Assembly (NCBI GenBank): GCA_030141605.1
Contig: JAQGDQ010000064.1
Location: 238,116 to 302,115, forward strand
Origin: Tubiluchus corallicola
Taxonomy: Eukaryota > Animalia > Priapulida
Length of the DNA: 64,000 bases
Direction of reading: 5' to 3'
The position numbers and the translations under genes are program-made. Of the stretch, positions 25,099 through 39,800 are shown piece by piece. The notes below the pieces were generated by a model that was not told the DNA's origin, did no database searches, and saw only the letters and a list, made by a program, of their open reading frames with translations. Positions within the stretch are counted from its first letter, which is position 1, and the number at the start of each line of letters is the position of its first letter.

Positions 25099-28000
25099 GC
25101 CAAAGTTGTGCATTCGTCCAATAGATTTTTAATTTTGATAAGTTTGATAATGTATACTTACACGGCAGTAAATACTCAACACTGAAAATCAAGTGTTTGT
25201 TTAACTGATGATCAACTTCTGCTTATGATAAGAGCTTTTTCGAAGCAAATAACAATATGAGGAGCGAGTAGAAAACAACAATAAAACGCGACCAGCAAAA
25301 TAATGGCTAGATTTCTAAAAGTGAAGATGAAATTTAACTGTGTTCTTTGGCAACCTTAAATTGGTACGTAGCATAGGCAGTCTGGGTCTTGGTACTTAAG
25401 CAGCTCATCAAAACTTGCACTAAAAGTTTTCATTTAGCCGATTTGGGTCAACGCCTTCGGAAATATTTGGTTTTCCCCGATGTGAATGATTGTTGACATT
25501 AACCACAGATATGAAGCTGATAGAAGACCAAAGACGTGAAGTGCGCGGAGGACGACTTGCGAAGGATGTGCGAATCTGTAATGGATTTCCTGTTTGCCAC
25601 AGTTCCAAAAAATACTGAGCAAAACATTGATAAATGACTGAAAAGCACACTAGCAGACGATTTTAGATTTAAGTTTAGGGTTTGACGTTTTACATGCTTG
25701 AGCAAAATTCCTTAGTTTTACGACTAATCTACATCAGTAGTAAGGTAAAATCAAAATCAAATCAGGTCCTTAACTTTTCTTTCAATTTTTTTCTTCTGTT
25801 TAGATATTAATATGGTTGCAAATACCTGTTTGGTACCAGCTTAGTTTTGTACTTCGTAATTGCTAGATCATCAGTGTCTTAAGTCAATTTTGTACGCGTG
25901 ATGCTTTGGAGCTGTGTGCTATAAATGTCAGGTAGTAGTGACCAATGAAATTTTTTTGGAACAATCCACTATTAACAATTTTGAAAACACTTATTTAACA
26001 GAATCTTCACAGAAGTGTGGACATTTACATTACGCAAGGTCAATTAAACGACACTGAAAAAAGTATTTCAACAACTGGTTCCTACTAACTGGGGTCCTCG
26101 TCTCCTTGATCACATATCAACGATGATGCGGTTAGTGAGCGCGTGCGCAGTTAAACTTGTCTGAACTTCATTTGCAATTCACAAGAAGTCAAACAATTAC
26201 ACACATACACGTCGTAAGTTTCGTTGCAAGCATCTTACTCTATTCCCTCATATAAAACAAACATAATTTAAACTTGCTTCCTACTCGTAAAACTCGCCAT
26301 AAATTCCTTCCAAATCTGTTTAAGAGTAATTTGATTGCTTTGGCTCGTTAAATAGTGCACTTAACAGACATTGGCTCCACATAAAATCAGACTATAGCTG
26401 CTACAAAACGACGGAGGCGAAACGGGTGCGAATTTTTAGATGGATTTGAAGGACATCTTTACAGTGGAACATACGTGATCCAGCTCACTGTACGAAGCAC
26501 GTACAGCTTTATCACACGTTATACCACAACACCCATCCCTCGAGAACAATCACTTTCTACTGCTCCCAGGCATATACTTACTCATACTCACACATCACTA
26601 TACTTATCACACAACACTTACCTCTTTTTATTTGTACTCTAGCACATTTTAATTAGTATTCTAGTTAAATGGTAAATTGTTTTTGTTTTTTGTTTTTTAA
26701 AGAAAAGTATTATTCTTTGAAAAAAATTATTGTGAACATTTAAAAAGCATTTCACTATGAAAAAAACCTAAAAGATGATTGGTGAATCTAACCGTAAATG
26801 CTGATTTATGTTGCAGATTTTAATTGAATATGTTTGTTACATTATGTTATATCTGTTCATGGAAATAAAGCATTTATGAGAGTTTACATGTATATTCACT
26901 GGATATAAGTCATCAATTTTGAGAAAAACCTTTGCCTGTCTAAGGTCCCAAAGGGATCGTGTACTTGCTTGGAAAACTTCTCTTGAAGGCCTGCGTACAC
27001 GTACGGTACTGCTTTGAGTTCTACTCTATCAATCACTAGGACTAACATATTCAAAGTACAAAAGCTGTGTTGTGTAGACGCAAACAATGTATGGAATGCT
27101 GATACATAACGAAACATTACTGCCTACTTTTAGGATTGTCCACAGCTAGTTACAAGTTACAACTATTGCAACCACATACTGGTTAAACAAAATGCATAGT
27201 TGCAGTGCCTTGCACTACACTGTGGTGTACTTTTATCTGATGCATTATAACTCAGCAACAGTTACTCAGGATACGTTTTGCTGCTGAGTACATGCCGGCT
27301 AATACACCCTCTAGCCATGTAAGGCTTCAATCTTGGCACAAATTGCTTGCAATATTTTGACAAAGCCTTGGAGAGCCATGTCTCATATAAAATTGCTTGC
27401 AATTCTTAGATCAATTTCATTCGACCCGGCTTCAGTGTCCCACGGCACCTTGACGTTGTCCCTCTGTAGAAAGCACATCGATCGCGGGTGTTAGTCATTG
27501 AAGTGTTAAATACAGATTAGTATATCAAACTTCTAACCCTTCTTTCTCTGTTTAAAGGACTTCGAATTCTCTTGTCTACTGTATCTGCTCTGTAAAATTG
27601 CGGTTCCAATTAAATCTACTATTATAATGTCCAGAAAGAGTAATCTTTAATGAATGATTCATTTACAGGAATAAATTATTAGTAAACCATCTTCTACGAT
27701 ATGTCTTCAAATCATAACACACAATACCACAATACAAGAGAATAATTGAAGAGTATTACATGAAAATATATCATTGAAATTAAGATTTGTTTTCTTGCGC
27801 AAAGTTACTACTTTTACATGAGGCCTAGGTGTATATTAAAGGGATTATTATTGAACCTTTGGTAAAATGGACTAAAGACTTGTCACGTTACAGTTTGGTG
27901 AATTATTACTTACGGATTCAATTTTGCTACAGATAAACAAAGCTTTAGCCTTTATGTAAGATATAAGTGAAATTATTATATCAATTTACGTCAGGGTCAC

Positions 28001-28416
28001 CAAGCGCGTCATTGTTGCTATAACAATGCTTCGACGAACGTACATCTGTTGTTAATGTTGCGAGGTTTCGGGCGCCGTGTCAAGTACTGCAACGTTTTTG
28101 CAAGAAAATATTACTAGAAAAATAGCGCTATGCTGAAGTAAGAGGCTTTTTGACATTTGATTATTAAAAGATGGTCAATGTTAACGCCCTGCACCATCGA
28201 TTCGTAGCAAAAGAATTAAACAGCATAAAAGTTAAAACTACAGTGTATAGTATATAATTGTCAAGCATTTTTATATAAATTATACTGAACTGTCGGCGAT
28301 GGCACCGATTTAATTTCAAAAATCACATAGATCGTGAAATTTAAATCTAAACTGCCAAACTGGTCTTCTTGCGACCTCCGTTACGTCTTCCACGCCACTG
28401 GAACAGATGTTAAAAA

Positions 28417-29385
28417 CGAGTGTAGGTAAAAATGGTTCAGGAAAAAATTGCGCAAATGGAAAAGTAGCTAAAATGTCACAGGAAAAATGGGACGGTAAAA
28501 GTAAAATATGTGTTTAGGGTTAGGGTTACAGTGGGGGTAATTATTTTAGTTATTTTTACCTCTGCCAAAGAAGTTTGCTTGTTTGTCTGTTTGTTTGGTT
28601 GCTTTTGTCTGTTACAGTCTGTTACGCAAAAACTATCTACAGATTTGCAAAAAACTTTGTGAGGAAAGGCGGGTACAGAGTACCAACATAAGAATCTTTT
28701 CGCCGGTTCTATTTGTGTCGAAAAACATTCGTGAAGCACTTCATGGAGATCTCAGAGGGAATGTTTAGTACTTCTTTTTTGGTTATCTCCACCTGGACAA
28801 ACAACTACGGGTTAGTTCCTGTTCTATTTCGCGAAATTCTCGCTTGTAAAACTTTGCAACGCTGTTTATAACTTTTGGTCATTAATGCGTATAGCCTCGT
28901 ATGGTGACTTGGTACGTATATATTTGTTAGCCTATTACCATTTCCAAAATTAATGATTAAAAAGTTAAATAGACGACTATGTGGAACATTCGTGCATTAT
29001 TGATTATAAGTCTATTAAATTTCAATGAACAAATATTTTTTGAACCTTTGCTAGTCCATATAAGACCGATACAGGTATATTTTTGTATGTTTGCTTGTTT
29101 ATCTTTATCTTTATGTTAGTTTTTTAAGCAAAAGAATCAAACGAATAAGTTTAAGTTTTTTCGGCTTTGGCAAAGATCTGCTTCCTAGTGAAAGTATTCT
29201 AGTTTTATTATAGCAATCGAATGCATCAGAATAACATGAGTGCACGTTTTTACTATTTTCGATTTGCGACATTTTTCCTGTGCCATTTTACCTACTTTTC
29301 CATTTGTGCCATTTTTTCTGTGCCATTTTTACCTATGAAATTTTTTCCTGTACCATTTTTACCTGTGCCATTTTTACTGCGCACC
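28417..29385. mobile_element. Non-autonomous TIR element with subterminal GGTAAAAATGGCACAGGAAAAA repeats
   Basis: The left-end repeats (28420-28500) are reverse complements of the right-end tttttacctgtgcca repeats (29270-29385). Confidence 0.75.
28551..29204 (+). mobile_element. DINE-1/HINE-like element nested in the TIR element
   Basis: Starts ttttacctctgccaaag followed by a (TGTT/TGTC)n tract. Ends with the inverted ctttggcaaagat, a short hairpin and CTAGT. Confidence 0.55.
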
Positions 29386-30560
29386 ATTGAAAACACCTGT
29401 TGAACTAGGGGACCTTTACATCCCAACCTACTTAAACGTGCCAGTATGCAATATTGCAATGGCTTATTCACTGAACTATTATGTTGTAGGGATTTGGGGT
29501 AGTAATAAATGACATTTTGTCGTAGTTGCAATGCTAACAAAAGTGTTTTCCATGTCGGCCCAAGAATACTTGCATTGAGAGATGTTCCGGTAGTGAATGC
29601 CAGCTAACTAGTGCTAAAATGCTTGCCGGTATCTGTCTTCCGAAATAACTGACGTCTATGAGACTGCGATTTACTTATATAATCTTGCTCTTTGACATTT
29701 TTCGCCCGACCTGCCCGCCGCGTACAGCAAATGCATCCTGGCTGTAACATAAATGTAAATCTGCATCGAATTAAACGTTAGCTAGGCTAGTTAAGTCCTA
29801 AGACCACAGTAAGCCTTTTATAAGCTTTACTACGCTCAAGATGTCATGCAAGCAGGAAAGGCGCCTGTTCTCCATTCTGCTATTTCAATAAAAATTTGCT
29901 ATTAAATTTCATTAACAGCAAAAAATATACGAGACATAAGGTCTCCGGACGCATTTTGTTGATAACATACGTCTTCAGTGAGCTGATTTTTAAAAATAAG
30001 AGTGCGTTCTAAATTGAAACAAATAGCTAACTTGTGTAACGATGTAAAATATACATGTAAAAATATATGTAAATATTTGTAAATATATATGTAGAAAATA
30101 TGTAAATGATATGTAAACTATACAATGATATAACAATAACAGCACACTGGAGAAATTGTTCTTTGCATACATTTTTTGATGTTAAGTAACCGCTAGTACT
30201 TAGCAAGAGTTTTTTTTTGAAACTTAGAATTTGTTGTGTTCAAAGTACTGTGGTTTCATTGATTTAGATATTATTGGGTGCTGTGATCACTTTTATAAGC
30301 ACATTTCTAATATGGCCACAGATTTTCCTTATTACCAACCATCTTTCTGCTTGCCTACCAGTCTGTCTACTTACAAGCTTGCCATTCAGCATGATGTGTG
30401 AGGCAGTTTGGTTGTGCAAGTTGCGAGTGCAAGCTGAACAGGCTAACAATGATATCAGTGAGCTAAACCATTCAGGCTACAACCGATACATGTACCACAG
30501 CCACTTGTATATACTCATTTTCGTTATGAAACAGTTTAATAAAAAATAAATGCACATTAC

Positions 30561-30571
30561 ATAATAATAAT

Positions 30572-30614
<43 letters not shown>

Positions 30615-30617
30615 GCG

Positions 30618-30670
<53 letters not shown>
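30561..30670. repeat. Compound (AAT)(AACGAC)(AACAGC) microsatellite
   Basis: Directly visible. Confidence 0.95.
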
Positions 30671-31146
30671 CACGACGAATTTGCTTACATGCACATCGTT
30701 GCAGAATAGTAAGCGTAAAGCAGTAATCTGAACTTCGCTTAAGTAGTTTTTATAATTATTTATGTAGGCTTATGTGTATCAAGTTTTCTAGTTCTCGGTT
30801 TGTGCGATCTGTGCTGATTTTTTGAGAATGGTCTGTTACCTTTTTTGTAAATTTATCAAAATTAATGATAACCGTTTGTCTATGAGCAGTCGTTTCATAC
30901 TAATTCCATTCCACTCTACTGCTCTACTAATGTTAAAAATTTACTTTAAAAACAGCGTGTGTACCATATTTTTAATGCAGTTTAGCACAGTACATACTAG
31001 CACTAAACACTTAACGCAGGCCTTACTGCTAATGTTTTGATAGTTTAACAAAACTGGGATTTAGTTAATTAACCTGCTGAGAGAGCCACTGAACGAGGCT
31101 AGGCGCCATGACAATATTCGGATTTGTACACACTTTTCTCCAACAA

Positions 31147-31190
31147 GATAAAGGCCCAGTGTTGCTTAACTTCGGTCGCTAAGCACTCAC
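31147..31190 (-). pseudogene. Short 5S rRNA-like fragment (possibly SINE-derived)
   Basis: Minus strand GACCGAAGTTAAGCAACACTGGGCC resembles the 5S internal control region. The flanks do not match 5S. Confidence 0.3.
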
Positions 31191-31769
31191 CCCGAATTCT
31201 CAGCTGTTTTCTCGTCCTAAATGTCTTCTTTCTATATTTAAAACCATTGGCAAATTTCAAATTTTGATATAAAATGAGCCCTCAGCCATCTAGCTGATAA
31301 TGCATTATTTCACATGTGGGGTTCTGTAGCACTTGCCATGTTATCGATCTACCGTGAGTACTGGCAATATTCTTGCAGCAAACATTTGTTAGCTTTTCAC
31401 ATAAATCCTCTTTTGAAACTCAACAAGAAAACGGTTGACTTTAATGACGTCACTAAAGTTACATTGACGTCATACTAAATCATGCCAGTGAATTAGTTTT
31501 GTCAACGTTAATGCTGTTCAACCTTGAATGGCTAATGATGGAGTGATATGCATTTAATAATTTTTTGAAAGTGAACTTGACCGCAAGGACATAACCTTTA
31601 AAGCTCTAAATTAATTAATTAGTTAGTAAGATTGATTAAATTGATTAGTATCAATATAGTAATTATTTTAGTGTGAGTAGCCCTATATTGACATTAGAAA
31701 ACGTTAAATAGGTTGAAGAGCTAATAATTAAGATTGAATTATAATCTACCTTGATCACAAAGGACTGAA

Positions 31770-31870
31770 AGGTCTAGTAGTGGTTTGGGCGTCGGATTTG
31801 TAATCCAAAGGTTACTAGTTCAAGTCTAGATTCATTGATGACTTTTCACATTGTCTTCTCACTCAGGTTT
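31770..31870 (+). mobile_element. tRNA-derived SINE head / tRNA pseudogene
   Basis: A-box-like ctagtagtgg, anticodon-arm-like ggatttGTAatcc and B-box agttcaagtc. No clean acceptor stem. Confidence 0.5.
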
Positions 31871-33580
31871 AGTTTCAAAAATTTAATAATTATTGCTTTA
31901 CTGTATCACTAATCAAAAAATGAAATTAAGATTGAAATTAAAATTATGAATAATTAATGGCAAGATTAATTAATATTTCATACGGTATTATTATGAAGTT
32001 CAAGGCAGTTTGTTGTTGCTTCAAGTAAATAATGAGAATCTGCGCAAAAATTGAAAATGTGTGTTTTTTGCAGGATTTGAAGTGCACATTTAGAACAGCA
32101 TAGAAGCTAGAGTGGAGGTTGGCATGTTGAAAAAGCTGCAATAGAGATCTACTGAAGAATGCATGTTAATTATCTGCGTTGGAAAAAACAACATGAACAA
32201 ATTGAACATAGTCTACAGGTTACTGCTAAACTGTTCATTGCATAGGCAAAAATGTTCTTTTCTCTAACAATTTTTGTTTATCTTATAGGCTCATTACTGT
32301 TAAAATATTTTAGACAATTATTGTTTGAGCTACAGGCCATAACCAGCCGTTTTCCAACACTATATACACGCCAGGATTCCATACCTGGTGTTACAAAATT
32401 AATATTGTTAGTGAAATTAGATAGTTTAGTTGCAAAAAAAGGTTGTTTATACTTGCAATGGGCTGGCCAATTGTGATGGTGCATAAACTTTATAAAACAT
32501 TTGTATTTCATTCTTTAGGGGGTAAATGACTAGATTTCAATTTAAGTGCTGTTTCACGTAAGGTTTGCAGTGGTTTGAAGTTTTGTTTTCTTGTATGCAC
32601 GACGTTTTTACTGTTGCCTTTCCGTTATTGTGTTTACTATAAATTTTAAGCGCCAAAATTTGTTTATTATTACTATCATCATCAAGTACCTACTGTGCCT
32701 GATAGAGGTCACTCTTACTTAAAGTTAACTATTAATCAAAACAAGATGGCGCATAAAATATTAGAGGGTTTACTGTTGGCTTCTTTGAAGAAAAGAGACA
32801 ACGATATACGCCAGTCAACAATCTAACATTGGCACAGGACTGTTGTTCATTAATTTATGCCAGTTGTGATGTATGTACTGTGTTTGTATATAATGATAAC
32901 TTTTGGTCATATAGCTATAATTATGAGAATGACATTCAGTGAACTGTGAATGTCATAAATTAGAGAGACGTGTTGAATTTATTATTGTAATATTATTCTT
33001 ATTATTCTTATTACTTTTATTATGTATATTGGTTGAGATTTTACCTTGCTTATTTGCAGGAATGTTATTATTATTATGTGGAGAGTGATGTTTAACTTTT
33101 CACCTGGGGTTGTTACTAATTAAGCTTATTTATTATTTATTATGTGAGAAGTGAATGAAGCGCCATCTATAACAATGAGTGTTACATGCACAAATCTTAC
33201 AGTTTTAGTTGCAACAAGGACGTGTGGCATTGCTTAATCAGACTAAGTTGCGTTCAGAAACTGATTTATTTTCATTTAGGGTTTTATCACGAAGACAGTG
33301 CTCGTCGACAATATTGAATTTTGAATTCTCAGATCTAATCCTAAAATTTTTTTATAGTGATTCTTGGTGTTGTAGATGGTTCAACGTTCACTGAAGCTCA
33401 GTGTCTTTGTAAACTACTGGTGCACACATTGTCTGAATGTGTACGTGCAAAATGTTATGTGATGTTTTGTAACGAAATGAATTTTTCCGTGATATTTTCA
33501 GCTGTAGCAACGTCTCATGGATTAATTGCTTTTATTGTGTTTTGGAAACTCAGCTAGTTCCTGTATGGTTATTGCGATTA

Positions 33581-33789
33581 AGTGTCGTTTACGTATTATG
33601 CGGATGCGGATGCAGATGCGTTTTCCACTTGCGGAATAGCCTGTGGAAAAAATCAATAGGAAATAGCTGCAGAAAAAGAATAACGCATACGCGGGCTGCA
33701 TAAACGGGTGCTTTGAAAACAATGTAAACGTATTTTATCTATTCCGCATCCCCAAAACATCCGCATCCGCATTCTACATGAACGCTGCT
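33581..33789. mobile_element. MITE copy 2 (family of 17263-17476)
   Basis: Shares the core aatagcctgyggaraaa...atcaataggaaatagcwgcagaaaaagaa and the GCGGATGCGGATG termini. Confidence 0.8.
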
Positions 33790-35698
33790 TTAGACCAATA
33801 AAGTGGGGGGACACTTGTCTGAGGCGCATGCACACGCGTCAGACTGTACGCCTGAGTCGTACCCTGTTTTACTTGACAAATGAATCTAAAATTTCTCGTT
33901 GCCACAACTCTTTATAGTAAGCACATTGTAGTTTTTACTGAAAATTGTTTCAAGTATCGCGTTTCGAGATTTAACAATATTCCCAGTATCTCATATTTCT
34001 TATTTATTAATTCATACGCGCGCGGGCGGAAAAATAAAACTTAAGTGAATTTATCTTTTTCACGTTCAATCTTCGTTTCTAATTAAAGTACTTTTAATAT
34101 TATTATGTCTTTAATAGTTGCTTATATGTGAACAAGAACATAGCTTACAGATCTGTAAATAATGACGCAAGGACTGAAAATGCAAACTAATGGTAGCGTT
34201 AACCTGTAACAAACAATGAACAATAACTCTAAACAAAATAATTTTAATATTCATTTATTCAACAGATTTTCACCTTGTTCCACACAATTTTATACGTTTC
34301 CAAAATACAAATCCGTAAGAAAACTAAATTAAATTCTCCTAGTAATAAAATGTAATTTTTTTCGAATAAGACTTTTCCAATTCCAAAATAAATGTTTTGA
34401 AGTCATTGAAAATAATTATTAATTCAAAAAATTTTACTTCATCCAATAAACAGAAGAAATAGAACAACCTGGGACATGTAAAGATAAGGTCACTTCAGTT
34501 CGTTAGTTCTAGCTTTTTTGCTTACTTGCCCGTTCAGAATAACCAAAAATTTCTTGAATATCTACAAGTTATTTCACCACTTAAGTTTATGTAAGCTGTG
34601 TTCGTGTTCATAATGTGGCAACAGTCCATTTACTTAAATATGCGCAATAAATTAACTATAGTCAGTAATTATGTACGTTCGTTGCCTTACTTGTATACAT
34701 CATGTTCATCCAGGTGGAAAAACTGCCTGTAGAAACTATTATTGTTAAGAAGATTCTTCTGGTAGTTTGTGCTTCGTTACATGCGTATGTTAATAATTAA
34801 TATGAATTACATTGTTTCAATAATTAAACTTGGCGTTCTTATTGTTGTTTTTAGCGAGCGTGCGTGTCTGAAAATTTACTGGGAATGAACATTAAGACAT
34901 TTGCGAAGAAACAGCCTAAGAATAAGTTAGGTGACCTTACAGAATTCATGCGGATTGTTATTTGCTGATAAAGTTAACTTTCTAAAAAGGAGGTTTAAAG
35001 CTTATTTTGAAAGAAAAAACTTGGGTTGCGTGGTGTATTCTCCTTCTCATTTCTTTTATTAAAATTAATTTACAAACAAAGTGACAGCATAAATTTCACA
35101 ATTATAACAAAAAGTTTAACCTAAACGGAAAACGCAACTTGCTTCTCGTTCTCCACGTTTTATATTAATCCGCCTAAGTAGAAAATAATCCCTACTAATC
35201 ACATTAATTAGGTTCAAAACATTTAAAATTACTAATTATTGGGAAATTGACAACTTAACATTAGCTTATTTTTGAGAAAAAACAAAAAAATAAAATTACG
35301 GTGTCTTTAAACAATAATAAGCCAATTTACCCCTTTCGTAAGAACGTTTCAAGTCGCGGGAAAATTTCTAACACTTGGTACTATTTAAAGGGGCGGGTAG
35401 CATTATTTCAGATGGGTACCACAATCAATAATTATAATCAATTTTATCAATATTTATAATCAACTGCAGAGGTCACATAACACCGTTCGCAACATAAGTA
35501 AGCGATTTTTAGAGCTTACAGTAGAGCCAACTTTGCCAAACAAAATACCTACTGAAACAATACCAAGTCCTAGAATTCAGAAATATTTGCGCGCCGAACA
35601 CTCCTGTTATACTAAGTTTTTGGTGAAATTGAAAATAAGATACTGCAATGGAACAAAGCTTATAATTAGTCATCATAAGGTCGAAGTGGTCGAGCGAT

Positions 35699-36066
35699 TG
35701 TATAAATAATTTCAACTTTTGATCATTTCTCTTTAACGCGAACACGTTTCGTTTCGTATAAGTCATTATTTAAAGAAACAGATTTTTTTGAAAAATATGG
35801 CAAATGAGTTTTTCTGACATTCACTTCAGGTTTTCATTTCCTCTTCGATGACGTCCATTTTCGTCCACCGCACACGAGGTCGAGCGAAAATGTGCGGTGA
35901 ACGAAAATGGACGTCATCGAAGAGGAAATGAAAACCTGAAGTGAATGTCAGAAAAACTCATTTGCCACATTTCTCAAAAAAATCTGTTTCTTTAAATAAT
36001 GACTTATACGAAACGAAACGTGTTCGCGTTAAAGAGAAATGATCAAAAGTTGAAATTATTTATACA
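35699..36066. repeat. Near-perfect foldback palindrome (176-bp arms, 16-nt spacer)
   Basis: Arms 35699-35874 and 35891-36066 differ at three positions by my reading. The same ORF start MTYTKRNVFALKRNDQKLKLFIQ appears on both strands. Confidence 0.95.
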
Positions 36067-36853
36067 GCGCTTCTCAGATTGGCTGCTGGTCAACGTCCTC
36101 CAGTTTTTGCAAATGCAGTTCCAACTACCAAGTTATCAAGAACATAACTTAATAAGAAACGCCTTCTTGCTAAGTAGTAAAATACTATTCCTCACGAACT
36201 GTTTTCTTTTCTTTACTTTTTTGCTCTTGGAACATATCACTGCGCTGGAATGCCTGCCAGTCTGATCCTTTAGCAGTTTGTTCTCTTCTCCATTGCTAAC
36301 AGCTACCTTTTCTTTCCAGGGAAATTAATAATTTACAATATAGAAAAAACAATATCTTAATTGCACAGGGAGGAATCGTGCGAGGAAGAAAGAATAATTT
36401 CTGAAGTGCAGGTGACTAATTGGCTTGTGAGTGTGCGGATGTGTGTGGGTGCGGCTCTAATTGTTGTGTACAGTTAGGCTGGGAGTCTCAAACCAGTTTT
36501 GCAATGTTTCTCACTTAGATTGTTCTCACTTTTTAAAAATACCTTAAAACAAACAATCACCAAAACACGAAGAACAAAACATGGGCTCTAAATAAGGGTT
36601 TTCGAAGTTCGGGACGGGATCGAAGTTGGGGTCGGGATCGGGGTTGAGAACGATAATTAAATTCGGGGTTTTTGGAGGTTCCGGATAGGGGTTCGCTACC
36701 CCGAACATTTTTGCATAATTAAAAATAAATGGAGATAAGAAAATTACAGCGAAATTAGTTCAGTTAGCCTTTAATTATAGGTGCGTAGAATCATGGATGG
36801 AAAAATATACTTTAGACCATGAGGATGTGACATACACCCACCCACCCACACAG

Positions 36854-36884
<31 letters not shown>

Positions 36885-39800
36885 TTGGCAACGTGCCAGG
36901 TATAAATGCATAATTACCTCGCCATTCTGTGAATGATAAAACACGCAGTTGCTTACTCTCAAGTAGAAATTTATGTATTATTTATTCGGCATTAATATGT
37001 GTACGACATAGTTAAAAAGCATACGTCATCTAAAACATAAATTTACGGTGAAGACGCAAAACGGCGCAATAAGTGTATTCCCTCATTTCCCCTTCGTGAA
37101 CGCGTAATCAAAACTTATTTATATTGAGCGAATGTATACTTCACTATGCTAAGGAAATGTAAAATAAAAGCAACGGAATCTCTTTGCTATGAAGTTAAAT
37201 ATTTGTTGAAAAGAATAATAATGCATACTGACTAAACAGTATTAGGTGCCTCGGCGAATTATAGATAAGAAAGATACTAGTAGCAAAGAGACGAAAATCA
37301 CACAAAAAGAAGACGGTGTCGTTCTTTTATATACTTTTCTCTCCGTGCCGGTGGTAACCAGGCTAAAATTTTAAACTAATTGCAAGACGTTTTTTACTTA
37401 ATATCGTTGACAATCACGCTGTATATGTACTCAACTGTGGTTAATAAAATCCTCATATCTAATATCTTATCACGAAATTTAAGCGACGAACAAGTTGACA
37501 AATGGCTCATTTTTTTTACATGCCTGAAAAATCTGAAGTAAACGCTGTTTTTTTTAAATATTATGAATTTTCAAAGCTAGGTGTCCGGACAGGACAAGAG
37601 GTTCGGGACATAAATTTGACAGTTTATGATTTTAAAAAACTGGGAACATTTAAACGTCCGAGACAACTTCCAACATATTTTATTTAGACATATTTATCAT
37701 ACACTTCAGCATGACAAAAATTTACATTATAATTTAGCTATTACACCAGAACGATTATGTACAATATAACTAGAAAAAACTTACAAATAAACGACACAAT
37801 TGTTCAGCTGCCAGACATAGGTGCAGCATGGCAGTTATGAGGCTTGTAAACCCGCCATAAAAAGTGGAAAAAATTGGTAAATTCTTAAAAGAGAGGAAAT
37901 TTATATAAAAAATAGAGATTAAGAATGACAGATTAATAGAACAAAGATAGATAGCAGAAACATATGATGTAAAGGCATTAAAATAAGTAACCAGTCACGG
38001 GATGTACTGTAAATCTGTAACTATCGCAGTTCATACTTAAACTGAAAAATGCGTTATAAATAGATTTTAATGAGAGATCACATAGGTGGCCTTTTAGATA
38101 CAGAAGGCTAGAGATACAAAACTCGGAAGGCACACTCCTGAGATAAAGGAAAGTACGTATATATGACCCGAGAATGCCAAGTCAAAGATCACGGAGTACG
38201 CGAGTTTTCACTGTTTTCTAACCCCCCCCCTACAGTTTATGAATTGGGCCATAGTTTTTGGTCTGCAGGATCTCTGTATGTGCATATATGTGTGAGAGGG
38301 CACATAAAACTCAAAAATTCAGTGAATATTAACAATTACATTGTGCATATAATAATTTTATTTTTCAATACACCATACACTACTAAATGTGAGAATAAGG
38401 CATCAATATAAAATAAAATAACAAAAATATTAAACAACACGTGTAAAACGTATATGATCTTAAATTAAAAATGGAAACAAGAAAACATGAAAAATGTCTT
38501 GTTCGAAATCAGTTAAATCGGAAAAACAATTTAATTTGTCTCAATTCACTAAAAAATTGCTGACACTAATTTCACATTAACAAAATCATAAATTTAAATG
38601 TAATACAAAATTTCATGGCAGACACCTACCCATATATTACAGCTGTAGTAAACTAGCAAAACATACAGGTCAACTCACTTAAAACACCTGTTGCATACTA
38701 GCTTTAATTACAAAAACCCAGCAAATAGGAAATGAGTTTGGTGCCGAAGAAAAAATTTTATTTTCAGGCCTTCTAATTGCAGTGCAGTGCCGTTTTGTAC
38801 TTTATTAGAAATAGGTATTACACCCTATTAAAGATGATGCAGACTTTCACAGATACAACAGAATATGGCAAATTCAAAAACAGAACAAAAAGCCAATCTA
38901 AAGATTGTCAATGAATCATTCACATTAATTTAATGGTGAATGCAGTGCACAAATATACTATTAGAATACAAAACTGCATTTTTTAGATTATTTTTCTTTT
39001 CCGGAAATCGTTAATTAAAAATTACTAACAAAAACAACAGGTATGAAAGAAATGCACCAATATACTCTAAATTAGTCACCATGGTAGTAACATCCTACCA
39101 CTTGTTCAGTTATTTCTTATATCATTCCTATCTATTTCAAGGTTCCTAGTACTTTATACTCTTAATTATTCTTTTTTTTTATTCTTATCTCTTACAAACA
39201 TAATATAGTTGAAAATCAGTTTCATTACCATAAGATTCTCTGAATGCTATAACCCACTATATTTCTATCTGATTATAAAACCTGTAAAATCCTTAAACTA
39301 CTATGAACTTAACACCTTTTAGGTAAACTCTATAGCCATTTATTTTACATGTGTTAAATATACTAACATATAACTTTCATGGCATGTTACATGCATATAT
39401 CATTTTTAACTCATTTAATTCCAAAAAGAAATTAACTTTTACAAATAAAAATCAGTTTTTTTACTGCTATGCTATAGAATAAGTTCATAATCAGTGATTC
39501 ATACATGCACAGTATAGTTAAACATTAAATATTACATATACACATTCCTCCTGTTCACCTATTATACTATATGCCTGTGAAAACACATCAACCCCCCCCC
39601 CCTTCCATATCATGGGGGTTTAAATTTAAACTAAAACACGTGCTACTGATTGCTAGAATCTAATACATTGCTAATGAATCGTAATTCGTTGGTTGCGTAG
39701 ACAAAATGCAGAATGACTGGTTCTTTAAAAAACTGTCAAAATCCAAATCTGCAAAAGTTGACCAAAAAATCAATTGGCTCAGAGTTTGATGCCAACCCCG

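Noticed and set aside
36611-36645. G-quadruplex-like G-run cluster
   Set aside because: Probably part of a repeat end, with no functional context.
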